Positions 1 to 8,725 of a stretch of 32,000 bases of DNA are shown here, piece by piece. The notes below the pieces were generated by a model. It was not told the DNA's origin. It ran no database searches and saw only the letters and a program-made list of their open reading frames with translations. How positions within the stretch are numbered: the stretch's first letter is position 1; every line of letters starts with the position of its first letter. The DNA comes from Megasphaera elsdenii DSM 20460 (lineage in GTDB: Bacteria > Bacillota > Negativicutes > Veillonellales > Megasphaeraceae): NCBI RefSeq assembly GCF_003010495.1, contig NZ_CP027570.1, forward strand, positions 2,220,001-2,252,000. The letters run 5' to 3'. A program made the position numbers and the translations under genes.

Positions 1-899
1 ATAATGTTAATGAAAATTTTATTCCTATTATGGGGACATCGTTAGTTTCAATTGTCAAAAATAATCCGGATATGGCATTTGTATTCCATATTTTTACGGA
101 TGGATTTTCAAAACAAAGTGAAAATTATATTTCTCAATTCGCTCAAAAATTTCATTGTACTTGTATCCTCTATGTTTTAAATATGGAGCCGTTTAATGAT
201 TTTCATATTAAAGTAGCTCGTTTTTCACGTATCACTTATGGTAGGTTATATATGCCTAAAGTATTAAAAAATGTTACTTCTCGTTTTATTTATGTAGATG
301 CTGATACAATGTGTGTAAATTCCTTACATGAGTTGTGGACTTTAGATATGGACAAAAAGGCAATGGGAGCTGTTTCTGAAACCGAGGATGCAGTAAAATA
401 CCGGGCTGGACACCTTAAATTAAAAAGTGGGAAATATTTTAATGATGGCATTATGCTTATAGACATAGAACAGTGGGAAAAGCAGCATATTACGGAAAAA
501 TGTTTTTCTTATCAATCTGAACCAAGGGAACGATTTTTAGGACAAGACCAAGATATTGTAAATCTTGTTTTTGATGGAACAAATTATTTCTTACCCGGTC
601 GATATAATGTATATGGCGGTGGATATAAGGCACCAAGTGATAGTGTTTTTATTCATTGGACAGGACGCCGGAAACCTTGGCAAATGGTATTGACGAATTT
701 TGACGCACAGTGGCGGAAATACAATGCACTATCGCCTTGGCCTACTATTACTAATATTTTACCGATAAAAAAGCCTGAAAATTATCATGATTTCCAGCAG
801 TGGGGACGATATCAGAAAGCACATGGAAACATGGCAGGATATTTTAAATGTATTTTTTGGTATTCATGGTTACGGATTCGCTATAAATTACATATTTAA
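1..899 (+). CDS. Glycosyltransferase family 8 (LPS/glycan alpha-hexosyltransferase, RfaJ/WaaI-like); 5' end cut by the window edge
   Basis: ORF 30..899. The frame stays open back to nt 3 (NVNENFIPI before MGTSLVSI), so the true start is upstream of the window. GT8 hallmarks are present: YVDADTMCV (DxD), NDGIMLIDIEQWEK, HWTGRRKPW. Confidence 0.8.
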   Translation, partial: NVNENFIPIMGTSLVSIVKNNPDMAFVFHIFTDGFSKQSENYISQFAQKFHCTCILYVLNMEPFNDFHIKVARFSRITYGRLYMPKVLKNVTSRFIYVDADTMCVNSLHELWTLDMDKKAMGAVSETEDAVKYRAGHLKLKSGKYFNDGIMLIDIEQWEKQHITEKCFSYQSEPRERFLGQDQDIVNLVFDGTNYFLPGRYNVYGGGYKAPSDSVFIHWTGRRKPWQMVLTNFDAQWRKYNALSPWPTITNILPIKKPENYHDFQQWGRYQKAHGNMAGYFKCIFWYSWLRIRYKLHI

Positions 900-918
900 G
901 TGATTTATGTTATCATAA

Positions 919-960
919 TATAGCCCTTATAGATTACGATAATAATCTATAAGGGCTATA
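919..960 (+). terminator. Perfect 18-bp stem / 6-nt loop hairpin after the GT8 gene
   Basis: TATAGCCCTTATAGATTA (919-936) is the exact reverse complement of TAATCTATAAGGGCTATA (943-960), with loop CGATAA. A T-run (TATTTTT) follows only about 10 nt later, so this is not a textbook intrinsic terminator. Confidence 0.45.
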
Positions 961-1008
961 TCTAAACGGCTATTTTTAAGTCATCGTGATGGTTTAAATG
1001 TAATTTCA

Positions 1009-1017
1009 TGGTATAAT
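1009..1017 (+). promoter_or_regulatory. Extended -10 promoter element (TGgTATAAT) upstream of ugd
   Basis: TGGTATAAT at 1009-1017, about 38 nt before the ugd ATG. No good -35, which extended -10 promoters tolerate. Confidence 0.4.
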
Positions 1018-1054
1018 AAAGATATAATGTGTTAAAAGGAAAGTAGGAATTTAT

Positions 1055-2221
1055 ATGAATATAGCGATTGCTGGGACTGGGTATGTCGGTCTTTCAAATA
1101 GTTTGTTGTTAGCTCAGCATAATGATGTCATTGCTTTAGATATTATTCCAGAAAAAGTAGCTATGTTAAATGAAGGGAAGTCGCCGATTGTCGATAGCGA
1201 TATATCGGCTTTTTTGCAGCGTGATGATTTACACTTTAAGGCGACCTTGGATCCCGTAGAGGCTTTTACGGATGCGGATTTCGTTATCATTTCAACGCCG
1301 ACCAATTATGATCCGCAGAAGAATTTTTTTGATACGTCTTCTGTAGAAGCGGTCATTGAAGAAGTACTGGACATTAATCCGGAAACGGTTATGGTCATTA
1401 AATCGACAGTCCCTGTCGGCTACACTCATCATATCAAAGAACGCTACCATACCGAAAATATTATGTTCTCGCCGGAATTTTTGCGGGAAGGAAAGGCCCT
1501 GTATGATAATCTCCATCCGTCGCGTATTGTCGTCGGTGAACGGTCGGAACGAGCTAAAGTCTTTGCCCATCTGCTGGCCGAAGGCGCGGTGAAGAAGGAT
1601 ATCCCCATGTTGTTTACTGGTTCTACAGAAGCGGAAGCCATCAAGCTCTTTGCCAATACGTATCTGGCCTTGCGCGTAGCGTATTTCAATGAACTCGATT
1701 CGTACGCTGAAATGCGCGGCCTGAGTACAAAGGAAATCATCGAAGGCGTCTGCCTCGATCCCCGTATTGGTGATTTTTATAACAATCCTTCCTTTGGCTA
1801 CGGTGGATACTGCCTGCCGAAGGATACGAAGCAGCTTTTGGCCAATTATCAGAACGTTCCGCAAAACCTCATTTCGGCTATTGTTGCTGCCAACCGGACG
1901 CGAAAAGACCATATTGCTGATATGATTATCGCCAAGAATCCCAACATTGTCGGCGTTTATCGGCTGACGATGAAGAGCCATTCGGATAATTTCCGGGCCT
2001 CGGCCATTCAGGGTGTCATGAAGCGCATCAAGGCGAAAGGTATTGAAGTCGTCGTCTACGAACCGACTCTGAAAGACAATGAATTTTTCCATTCCCGTGT
2101 TATCCGTGATTTGCATGAATTCAAGGAAATGAGCGATGTTATTATTTCTAACCGTTGGGCTGAAGAACTCAGCGATGTTCGTGATAAAGTCTATACACGA
2201 GATATTTTTGATCGTGATTAA
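1055..2221 (+). CDS. ugd: UDP-glucose 6-dehydrogenase
   Basis: 388 aa. N-terminal Rossmann motif [12 protein letters not shown], catalytic-Cys motif [43 protein letters not shown] lies upstream. Confidence 0.92.
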   Translation: MNIAIAGTGYVGLSNSLLLAQHNDVIALDIIPEKVAMLNEGKSPIVDSDISAFLQRDDLHFKATLDPVEAFTDADFVIISTPTNYDPQKNFFDTSSVEAVIEEVLDINPETVMVIKSTVPVGYTHHIKERYHTENIMFSPEFLREGKALYDNLHPSRIVVGERSERAKVFAHLLAEGAVKKDIPMLFTGSTEAEAIKLFANTYLALRVAYFNELDSYAEMRGLSTKEIIEGVCLDPRIGDFYNNPSFGYGGYCLPKDTKQLLANYQNVPQNLISAIVAANRTRKDHIADMIIAKNPNIVGVYRLTMKSHSDNFRASAIQGVMKRIKAKGIEVVVYEPTLKDNEFFHSRVIRDLHEFKEMSDVIISNRWAEELSDVRDKVYTRDIFDRD

Positions 2222-2232
2222 AGGGGGATTCG

Positions 2233-3240
2233 ATGATAATGGCAGATTTTAAATCTTTTGACAGTGCAAATAAAGTCTTGATTACCGGTGCCGCCGATTT
2301 CATTGGTTTCCATTTAGCCAAGCGGTTGCTGACCACGCGGCTACTATCTTTGGGTTTGACAACCTCAATGACTACTATGACGTTTCTTTGAAAGAAAGCC
2401 GACTGAATATTCTTCGACAGTTACCGGAATTTACCATTGTCAAAGGAGATTTGGCGGACGAAAAAGCTGTCATATTCGAATCTTTTCAGCCGGATATTAT
2501 TGTGAATTTGGCGGCTCAAGCCGGAGTGCGTTATAGTATCGACCATCCTCGTTCTTATATTGATTCTAATATCATTGGCTTTTTTAACGTGCTTGAAGCT
2601 TGCCGCCATCATAAAGTAGATTATTTGCTCTTTGCGTCCAGTTCGTCTGTCTACGGAAACCAGAAGAAGACGCCTTTTTCGACGACGGACAATGTTGACC
2701 ATCCTATCAGTCTTTATGCGGCAACGAAAAAAGTCAGACGAACTGATGGCCTACACCTATAGCCATCTCTATGGGATTCCTGCGACAGGGTTGCGTTTCT
2801 TTACGGTCTATGGACCATATGGGCGTCCAGATATGGCCTATTTCAAATTTGCCAACAAAATCCGTAAAGGAGAGCCTATTCAGATTTACAATCACGGCGA
2901 TATGTATCGCGATTTCACTTATGTCGATGACATCGTCACGGGCATTGAAAATATGCTCTGCAATCCGCCGAAAGAAAATGAGCTGGGCGACCGCTATAAG
3001 ATCTACAATATTGGCAACCACAAGCCGGAACAGCTCATGCATTTCATTGAAGTTCTGGAAAAAGCCCTCGGCAAAACGGCCGAAAAAGAATACCTGCCCA
3101 TGCAGCCCGGCGATGTCTATCAGACCTATGCTGATGTCAGCGAACTGCAACGCGACTTTGATTTTAAGCCAGAAACGCCGATTGAAGACGGGTTGGGGAA
3201 ATTTGCCCAATGGTATCGTGAATATTATAAGATTGAATGA
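2233..3240 (+). pseudogene. UDP-glucuronate 4-epimerase (NAD-dependent epimerase/dehydratase family), disrupted
   Basis: The homologous reading runs through three segments: frame 1 (2233 to about 2331, MIMADF..KVLITGAADFIGFHLAKRLL), frame 3 (about 2331-2732, DHAATIFGFDNLNDYYDVSLKE...SSSSVYG...YAATKK) and frame 1 again (about 2731-3240, KSDELMAYTYSHLYGIPATGLRFFTVYGPYGRPDMA...). That implies a -1 shift near 2331 and a +1 shift in the A6 run at 2727-2732. The Rossmann motif reads GAADFIG instead of the canonical GAAGFIG. Translation from the ATG at 2233 stops near 2389. Confidence 0.8.
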
Positions 3241-3269
3241 ATTATTAATATATAGATTGAGGTAATAAT

Positions 3270-5285
3270 ATGTTTTCAATGTTTTTTGAAGGTACGCAGC
3301 AAGATTGGAAATTAATGATTGTTGCACCTATTATTTGTGCTATCTTTCGATTGGCGTTCATTTGGGTATACGCACCAGATAAGAGTTTTAAGAATTGTAA
3401 AAAGAAATGGTATGAATGTTTTCGTTACGGTTTTTGGTGGGGAATGGACTACAATGCTTATGTGTTTTTGATTTCTTGGTTATTGATTAGCCTGCCTGGA
3501 GCCTTCTTTGCATCTTATTTTGCAATAGGAGATAGTATACGAGTTATAGCGATTACTATATACGCAGCAGTGCTTTACTTTGCGTTTATGGGAAAAATGA
3601 TTTTTTATTATCATTTTCAAGATATTTATAATCCAACAATGCGATTAGGAAAAAATGCAGATAAAAAGAATTTCTTAGATATATTTTTTCATCAAAATCA
3701 TGGTGGTTGGATTTTAGCCGGATACATCCCCTTTTTGGGTTTTTGTGCATATTTTACTACAGTATTATTGAATACACCTGTATTTTCCTATCCTCAATTT
3801 CATTCTACTTTGGCACAGTATGCATTTAACATTGTTTTTTGTATTGCCATGATTTTATTGTTTTACTATTTTCGTTATGGTGGACATATTTCGCACCGAA
3901 AAAAGCCGGAATGGGACACGGTACCAGATGTGGTAAAAAAAGATATGTTTTTTGCTAAAGCCACTGTTGATGATTTAGTTGCCATTGAAATGGTCATGAA
4001 ACGTCCTGTTCAAACTATCTTGGGACATACTGATTCGGAATCTGTAGAAATTATAAATCCTACTATTCATTTTGATAAAAATGAAAGCATTTGGAAACCC
4101 TTTTTGCGTCAGGCCAAAGGTGCTAAAATTACGAAACCTAAACATATCTTTTTAGTTATTGGCGAAAGCTATACGCAGGCACCTTTTGACGAATGTTATG
4201 AACGGCTTCCTTTGGTCGAAGGCGGCAAGGCTTTTCGGGCGAATCCGCATACCATATGTGTGAACAATTTTTTACCGGCTGGCATGGTGTCGCAACCAGC
4301 TGTTACTAGTTTGATTGCAGGCATTTTTGACGATAACCTTGAAATCAATGAAAAACATGAATTTTGGCAAGGGCAGACTCTTACTTCTTTGCCACGACAG
4401 TTAAAACGATTGGGATATAAAACGGTTCTCTGGTATGGGGGCAGTTTATCTTGGGCTAGTCTTGGATTATTTGGCAAAGCTATGGGTTTTGATGAAGCTT
4501 TTGGCGGCCCAGACATTTGTCCACCTGGTTCTCCAGCCACATGGCTAGGAATTTATGACCATATATTTTTGGAATCATCCTTCAAACAAATAGCTGCTAT
4601 GGATAATGATTCACCCATATTTCATTTGGTGTATACTACTTCAAATCATGGCCCCTATACGATTCCTATTGAAAAATATGGTTTTGATCCCCAGGTTGCG
4701 ATGAAAGATTTGCCGGAAGAAATGCGTAAAAATAAGGCATTAATGGCTGATTTAGGAACCTATTGGTATACGGATCAAGCATTATCAAAATTTGTTTCTG
4801 ATGTACAGGTTGCCTATCCAGATAGTTTAATTATTGTAACTGGTGATCATTCACGAAAAATCATTCCTTTTGGGAGTCCTTTGTATCCTCAAACAGGACC
4901 GATGATACGTGAAAAATATTGCACTTCCTTTGCTATGTATCATCGGGAATTTAAGCCTGAATTATTTAATCAACTGCACATTGGTGGTCATATGAATATT
5001 ATGCCTACTATTATTGAATCTATTGCTCCCGCTGGCTTTGAGTATTATTCCATGATGCCATCTTTTTATGAACCTATTTCTCATGTGGTTACACCGTATC
5101 ATTGGTTGAGCCATGATGAAGTCGGTTATTATGGGGACGAATTAGTTCAAAACTTAGCGGATAGAAATTCAGATATCGAACAAAATAAAGCAAAATATCA
5201 AGCAGAAAGAGATACCTATTGTGAAGTTACAGGGTGGATTGTGCGTCATGCAGATTCATGTTTGGAAAAGTTGTCAAGAGAATGA
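3270..5285 (+). CDS. LtaS/sulfatase-family (alkaline-phosphatase superfamily) polytopic membrane phosphotransferase
   Basis: 671 aa. The N-terminal ~200 aa are strongly hydrophobic (several TM helices). The C-terminal domain has sulfatase-fold motifs HIFLVIGESYTQ, TTSNHGPY, IIVTGDHS. RBS GAGGT lies 6 nt upstream. Very AT-rich. Confidence 0.7.
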   Translation: MFSMFFEGTQQDWKLMIVAPIICAIFRLAFIWVYAPDKSFKNCKKKWYECFRYGFWWGMDYNAYVFLISWLLISLPGAFFASYFAIGDSIRVIAITIYAAVLYFAFMGKMIFYYHFQDIYNPTMRLGKNADKKNFLDIFFHQNHGGWILAGYIPFLGFCAYFTTVLLNTPVFSYPQFHSTLAQYAFNIVFCIAMILLFYYFRYGGHISHRKKPEWDTVPDVVKKDMFFAKATVDDLVAIEMVMKRPVQTILGHTDSESVEIINPTIHFDKNESIWKPFLRQAKGAKITKPKHIFLVIGESYTQAPFDECYERLPLVEGGKAFRANPHTICVNNFLPAGMVSQPAVTSLIAGIFDDNLEINEKHEFWQGQTLTSLPRQLKRLGYKTVLWYGGSLSWASLGLFGKAMGFDEAFGGPDICPPGSPATWLGIYDHIFLESSFKQIAAMDNDSPIFHLVYTTSNHGPYTIPIEKYGFDPQVAMKDLPEEMRKNKALMADLGTYWYTDQALSKFVSDVQVAYPDSLIIVTGDHSRKIIPFGSPLYPQTGPMIREKYCTSFAMYHREFKPELFNQLHIGGHMNIMPTIIESIAPAGFEYYSMMPSFYEPISHVVTPYHWLSHDEVGYYGDELVQNLADRNSDIEQNKAKYQAERDTYCEVTGWIVRHADSCLEKLSRE

Positions 5286-5318
5286 AATACGTAATAAAAA
5301 CGATAGAGGTGACTTGTG

Positions 5319-5825
5319 ATGTACTATAAGATGATATATGAATCGCCGTTGGGGCCGATGATTCTGGCTGCGAGCGATACGGCTCTGGTCGGGGCCTGGT
5401 TTGAAGGGCAGAAGTATTGTTATGGTTCTTTGCAGGGCGAAGTGATGCGGGACGAAGAGACGCCGATCCTGCGCAAGGCTGCGCGCTGGCTGGATGATTA
5501 TTTTGCCGGCCGTATGCCAGCTATCATGACGCTGCCTTTGGCACCGCAAGGCAGTGATTTTCGCCGCCTTGTCTGGTATCTGCTCTGTCAGATTCCCTAT
5601 GGCCAGACGACGACTTATGGCGATTTGGCCAAACAAATTGAAGAACGGACAGGGAAGGCTATGTCGGCTCAGGCCATCGGCGGGGCTGTGGGACATAATC
5701 CCATTTCCATCATCATCCCTTGTCACCGCGTTTTAGGGGCGAATGGCAGGGCGACGGGCTATGCCGGCGGCATTGACAAGAAAATAGCGCTCCTCCATCT
5801 GGAAGGTATCGCCGTAAAAGCATAG
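5319..5825 (+). CDS. ogt: Methylated-DNA--protein-cysteine methyltransferase
   Basis: Active-site PCHRV (IIIPCHRVLGANG), YGDLAKQI helix, GGIDKKIALLHLEG tail. GAGGTG RBS at 5306-5311 favours ATG 5319 over GTG 5316. Confidence 0.88.
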   Translation: MYYKMIYESPLGPMILAASDTALVGAWFEGQKYCYGSLQGEVMRDEETPILRKAARWLDDYFAGRMPAIMTLPLAPQGSDFRRLVWYLLCQIPYGQTTTYGDLAKQIEERTGKAMSAQAIGGAVGHNPISIIIPCHRVLGANGRATGYAGGIDKKIALLHLEGIAVKA

Positions 5826-5831
5826 TGAATC

Positions 5832-5862
5832 GAGGCTGTTGCAGGAAGACAGCCTCTTTTTT
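5832..5862 (+). terminator. Rho-independent terminator after ogt
   Basis: GAGGCTGT (5832-5839) pairs with ACAGCCTC (5849-5856), followed by TTTTTT. Confidence 0.8.
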
Positions 5863-5939
5863 GTCGGTACAGTACTGGCTAGGTCCGCACCGATGTTGTA
5901 TAATAAAGACTGGATTTGTAAAGAAAGGATAGAACATAC

Positions 5940-6836
5940 ATGATTACACGTAACCAGATTATTCATTATACATCGGATGAGCTCATCCGGGTATCTATTG
6001 CCTTGACGACGGGCATCGTTGAAAAGGCCCGGCAGCGCCATAATTTGTCGCCTGTGGCCAGTGCGGCCCTGGGTCGGACGATGACCGGCGCAGCCCTGCT
6101 GGCCGGGGACTACAAGAACCACGAAGGCGTTTCCCTGAAGGTCGCCGGTGACGGGCTTTTAGGCGCTGTCCATGCCGACTGCTTCGATACGAATAAGCTC
6201 CGCGGCTATGTAGATAATCCCCAGGTCGACCTGCCGCTGAAGGTCAATGGCAAGCTCGATGTCGCTGCCGGTGTCGGTCAGCACGGCCAACTGACGGTGA
6301 CGCGTTTCACGCCGGAAAAGACGACGTATACGAGCCAGGCTGATTTAGTGTCCGGCGAAATCGCTGAAGATATCGCTTATTATCTGTTCACATCGGAACA
6401 GGTGCCGTCGACGATCAGCCTGGGCGTCCTGGTCAGTCAGGATTATACCATTGCCGCAGCCGGCGGTTTCCTCGTCCAGGCCCTGCCGGGCGCGAAGGAT
6501 GAAGACCTGGCCCGTGTCGAAGCCAATATCACCCAGGTCGGTGCCTTGACGACGTATTTGCAGGACCATCCGAATGGGGAAGGCCTCATCGATATCATCC
6601 TCAGCGGCATGCATTTCAAGGAACTCTACCGTCAAAATTTGTACTGGCGTTGCACGTGCTCGCGCCAGCGCTTTGAAAATGCCCTGTTGTCCCTACGCCA
6701 GGAAGATAAGGAAGCCCTTTTGAAGGACCCGCAGGTAGAAATGACCTGCCAGTATTGCGGGGCTAAATACGTCTTGTCTCACGACGAACTGGCAGCGCTG
6801 TATGAAGCGGCTGCCCAGCGCCATAAGCAGAATTAG
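5940..6836 (+). CDS. hslO: Hsp33 redox-regulated chaperone
   Basis: 298 aa. C-terminal zinc centre CTCSRQRF...CQYCGAKY (CxC...CxxC) typical of Hsp33. TATAAT at 5899-5904 lies upstream. Confidence 0.9.
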   Translation: MITRNQIIHYTSDELIRVSIALTTGIVEKARQRHNLSPVASAALGRTMTGAALLAGDYKNHEGVSLKVAGDGLLGAVHADCFDTNKLRGYVDNPQVDLPLKVNGKLDVAAGVGQHGQLTVTRFTPEKTTYTSQADLVSGEIAEDIAYYLFTSEQVPSTISLGVLVSQDYTIAAAGGFLVQALPGAKDEDLARVEANITQVGALTTYLQDHPNGEGLIDIILSGMHFKELYRQNLYWRCTCSRQRFENALLSLRQEDKEALLKDPQVEMTCQYCGAKYVLSHDELAALYEAAAQRHKQN

Positions 6837-6857
6837 ATCCTTGAAGGAGGTTTTACC

Positions 6858-7652
6858 ATGGGACTCATTGCCATCATCGGCGGTACCGGTGTCTGTGACC
6901 CGAAGATTTTATCCAATGTCCATGAAGACTATATGGATACCTTTTACGGGACCATCCATTATTGGCAGGGGACGTATAAAGACCGGGAACTCGTCTTCTT
7001 GCCCCGCCACGGCCGGACACATTCCATTCCGCCGCATCTCATCAATTACCGGGCCAATATCCTGGGCTTGAAGCGCCTGGGCGTCACGGCTATCTTGTCG
7101 ACGACGGCTGTAGGCTCCCTGAACCGCGACGATAAGCCTGGCGATTTCGTCCTTCCCGACCAGTTCCTGGATTTCACCAAATGCCGCCATACGTCGTTCT
7201 TCGACGGCGGTGAAAATGGCGTCGTCCACGTCGATATGACCGAACCGTACTGCCCGAACCTGCGCCGGACTGTGGCAGCTGCGGCCCAGACTCTCGGCGG
7301 TTATACGCTCCACGACAAGGGCACCTATGTCTGCACGGAAGGTCCCCGTTTCGAGACGCCCGCCGAAATCCGGATGTACGAAAAGCTCGGCGGCGACCTG
7401 GTCGGCATGACCAACGTACCCGAAGTCTGCCTGGCCAGGGAAGCGGAAATCTGCTATGCCACGATTTCCATGGTCACTAATTTTGCCGCTGGCATTTCTC
7501 CGGCGCCGCTGACCCATGAAGAAGTCGTCGAAGCCATGGCGGAAAATTCCCAGCGCCTGCAGCAGCTCATCTTGAAGAGCATCGAATTATATGACAATGG
7601 CGACTGCGCCTGCCGTCATACCTTACAGGCTTACGGAGGGTTCACGGTATAA
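6858..7652 (+). CDS. mtnP: S-methyl-5'-thioadenosine (or methylthioinosine) phosphorylase, trimeric PNP/MTAP family
   Basis: IAIIGGTGV, LPRHGRTHSIPPHLINYRANI, TEGPRFETPAEIRMY, VGMTNVPEVCLAREAE. RBS GAAGGAGG. Only 21 nt after the hslO stop. Confidence 0.85.
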   Translation: MGLIAIIGGTGVCDPKILSNVHEDYMDTFYGTIHYWQGTYKDRELVFLPRHGRTHSIPPHLINYRANILGLKRLGVTAILSTTAVGSLNRDDKPGDFVLPDQFLDFTKCRHTSFFDGGENGVVHVDMTEPYCPNLRRTVAAAAQTLGGYTLHDKGTYVCTEGPRFETPAEIRMYEKLGGDLVGMTNVPEVCLAREAEICYATISMVTNFAAGISPAPLTHEEVVEAMAENSQRLQQLILKSIELYDNGDCACRHTLQAYGGFTV

Positions 7653-8698
7653 TGGATACATTGCGTTGGCAGGCAGGTACGCTGTTCCTCCTGGACCAGA
7701 CGAAGCTGCCTTTTGAAGAAATCTATCTGCCCTGCCATTCTTGGCAGGACGTGCGCCAGGCGATTTCTGTCCTGGCCGTCCGCGGGGCGCCGGCTATCGG
7801 TGTCGCTGCGGCTTATGCCGTCGTCCTGGCGGCGCGGTCTTTGTGCCAGAAGGGCGGGGATACGCCCTTTTTGACAGCCCTCGAAGCCATCTGCCAGGAC
7901 CTGGATGCGGCCCGCCCGACGGCGGTCAACCTGCACTGGGCCTTGACCCAGATGATGGCCTGTGCCCGCCAGCATGAAGCAGACGGAGCAGAAGCTGTGA
8001 CGGCGGTCTTGGAAGAAAAGGCCATTGCCATCCATGAAGCCGATGTGGCCATCAATACGGCCATGGCCCGGTTCGGTGCCGATGAGCTGGAAAAGCTCGG
8101 CCGCCCTTTGACACTGCTCACGCACTGCAATGCCGGGGCCCTGGCTACGGCTGGCGTCGGCACCGCCCTGGGCGTCATCCGCGAGCTCCATCGCCGGGGC
8201 CTGGTGTCCATGGTCTATGCCGATGAAACGCGGCCCCTTTTGCAGGGCGCCCGCCTGACAGCCTTCGAACTCATGGCCGACCACATTCCTGTGACCCTCA
8301 TTACCGACAATATGGCCGCCTGGACCCTCAAGACGAAAGGTGTCGATGCCATCATCGTCGGCGCCGACCGCATTGCTGCCAACGGCGATACGGCCAATAA
8401 GATTGGGACCTACGGCCTGTCCCTGATGGCGCGGGAACTGGCGGTTCCCCTGTATATTGCCGCACCGGCTTCGACTTTCGATTTGTCGATAACTGACGGC
8501 AGTCAGATACCCATTGAAGAACGGAATCACGACGAAGTCCGTTCTTTCCGGGGTGTGGCGGCAGCCCTCCCCGAAACGCCCGTCTTCAATCCCGCCTTCG
8601 ATGTGACGCCTCATGAAAATATCCGCGCCATCGTGACGGAAAAGGGCATTATCCACCGGCCGGATGCCGTATCCGTACCGGCATTTTTCCAACATTAA
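7652..8698 (+). CDS. mtnA: S-methyl-5-thioribose-1-phosphate isomerase (eIF-2B alpha/beta/delta-like family)
   Basis: VRGAPAIGVAAAY, RPTAVNL, THCNAG, GADRIAANGDTANKIGTY, FDVTPHENI. The start overlaps the mtnP stop (TAATG). Confidence 0.88.
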   Translation: MDTLRWQAGTLFLLDQTKLPFEEIYLPCHSWQDVRQAISVLAVRGAPAIGVAAAYAVVLAARSLCQKGGDTPFLTALEAICQDLDAARPTAVNLHWALTQMMACARQHEADGAEAVTAVLEEKAIAIHEADVAINTAMARFGADELEKLGRPLTLLTHCNAGALATAGVGTALGVIRELHRRGLVSMVYADETRPLLQGARLTAFELMADHIPVTLITDNMAAWTLKTKGVDAIIVGADRIAANGDTANKIGTYGLSLMARELAVPLYIAAPASTFDLSITDGSQIPIEERNHDEVRSFRGVAAALPETPVFNPAFDVTPHENIRAIVTEKGIIHRPDAVSVPAFFQH

Positions 8699-8725
8699 TT
8701 CATTATAGAAAGAGGTCTTATTCGT

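Noticed and set aside
2727-2732. The A6 run at the second frameshift could be a phase-variation switch for the epimerase gene.
   Set aside because: Six bases is short for slipped-strand switching. A second frameshift near 2331 is not in a homopolymer, and the Rossmann motif is also mutated. Fixed decay or sequencing error is more likely than reversible phase variation.
2734-3327. ORFs 2734-3327 (-) and 2771-3265 (+) overlap the 3' part of the epimerase pseudogene.
   Set aside because: The frame-1 reading (2632-3240) carries the conserved epimerase sequence (GLRFFTVYGPYGRPDMA, YRDFTYVDD). The alternative frames give no recognisable protein.
1-5300. The AT-rich block could be a mobile genomic island.
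   Set aside because: I saw no integrase, transposase, tRNA or direct-repeat boundary in the window. All its genes are glycan biosynthesis genes, for which low G+C is common without classical mobility.
7631-8695. Long minus-strand ORF (354 aa) antisense to mtnA. Similar long antisense ORFs lie at 8753-10027, 10400-11392, 13339-14253 and 14513-15583.
   Set aside because: The plus-strand partners carry unambiguous family motifs, RBSs and operon spacing. The antisense translations are Arg/Gly/Asp-rich low-information sequence typical of shadow ORFs in GC-rich coding DNA.
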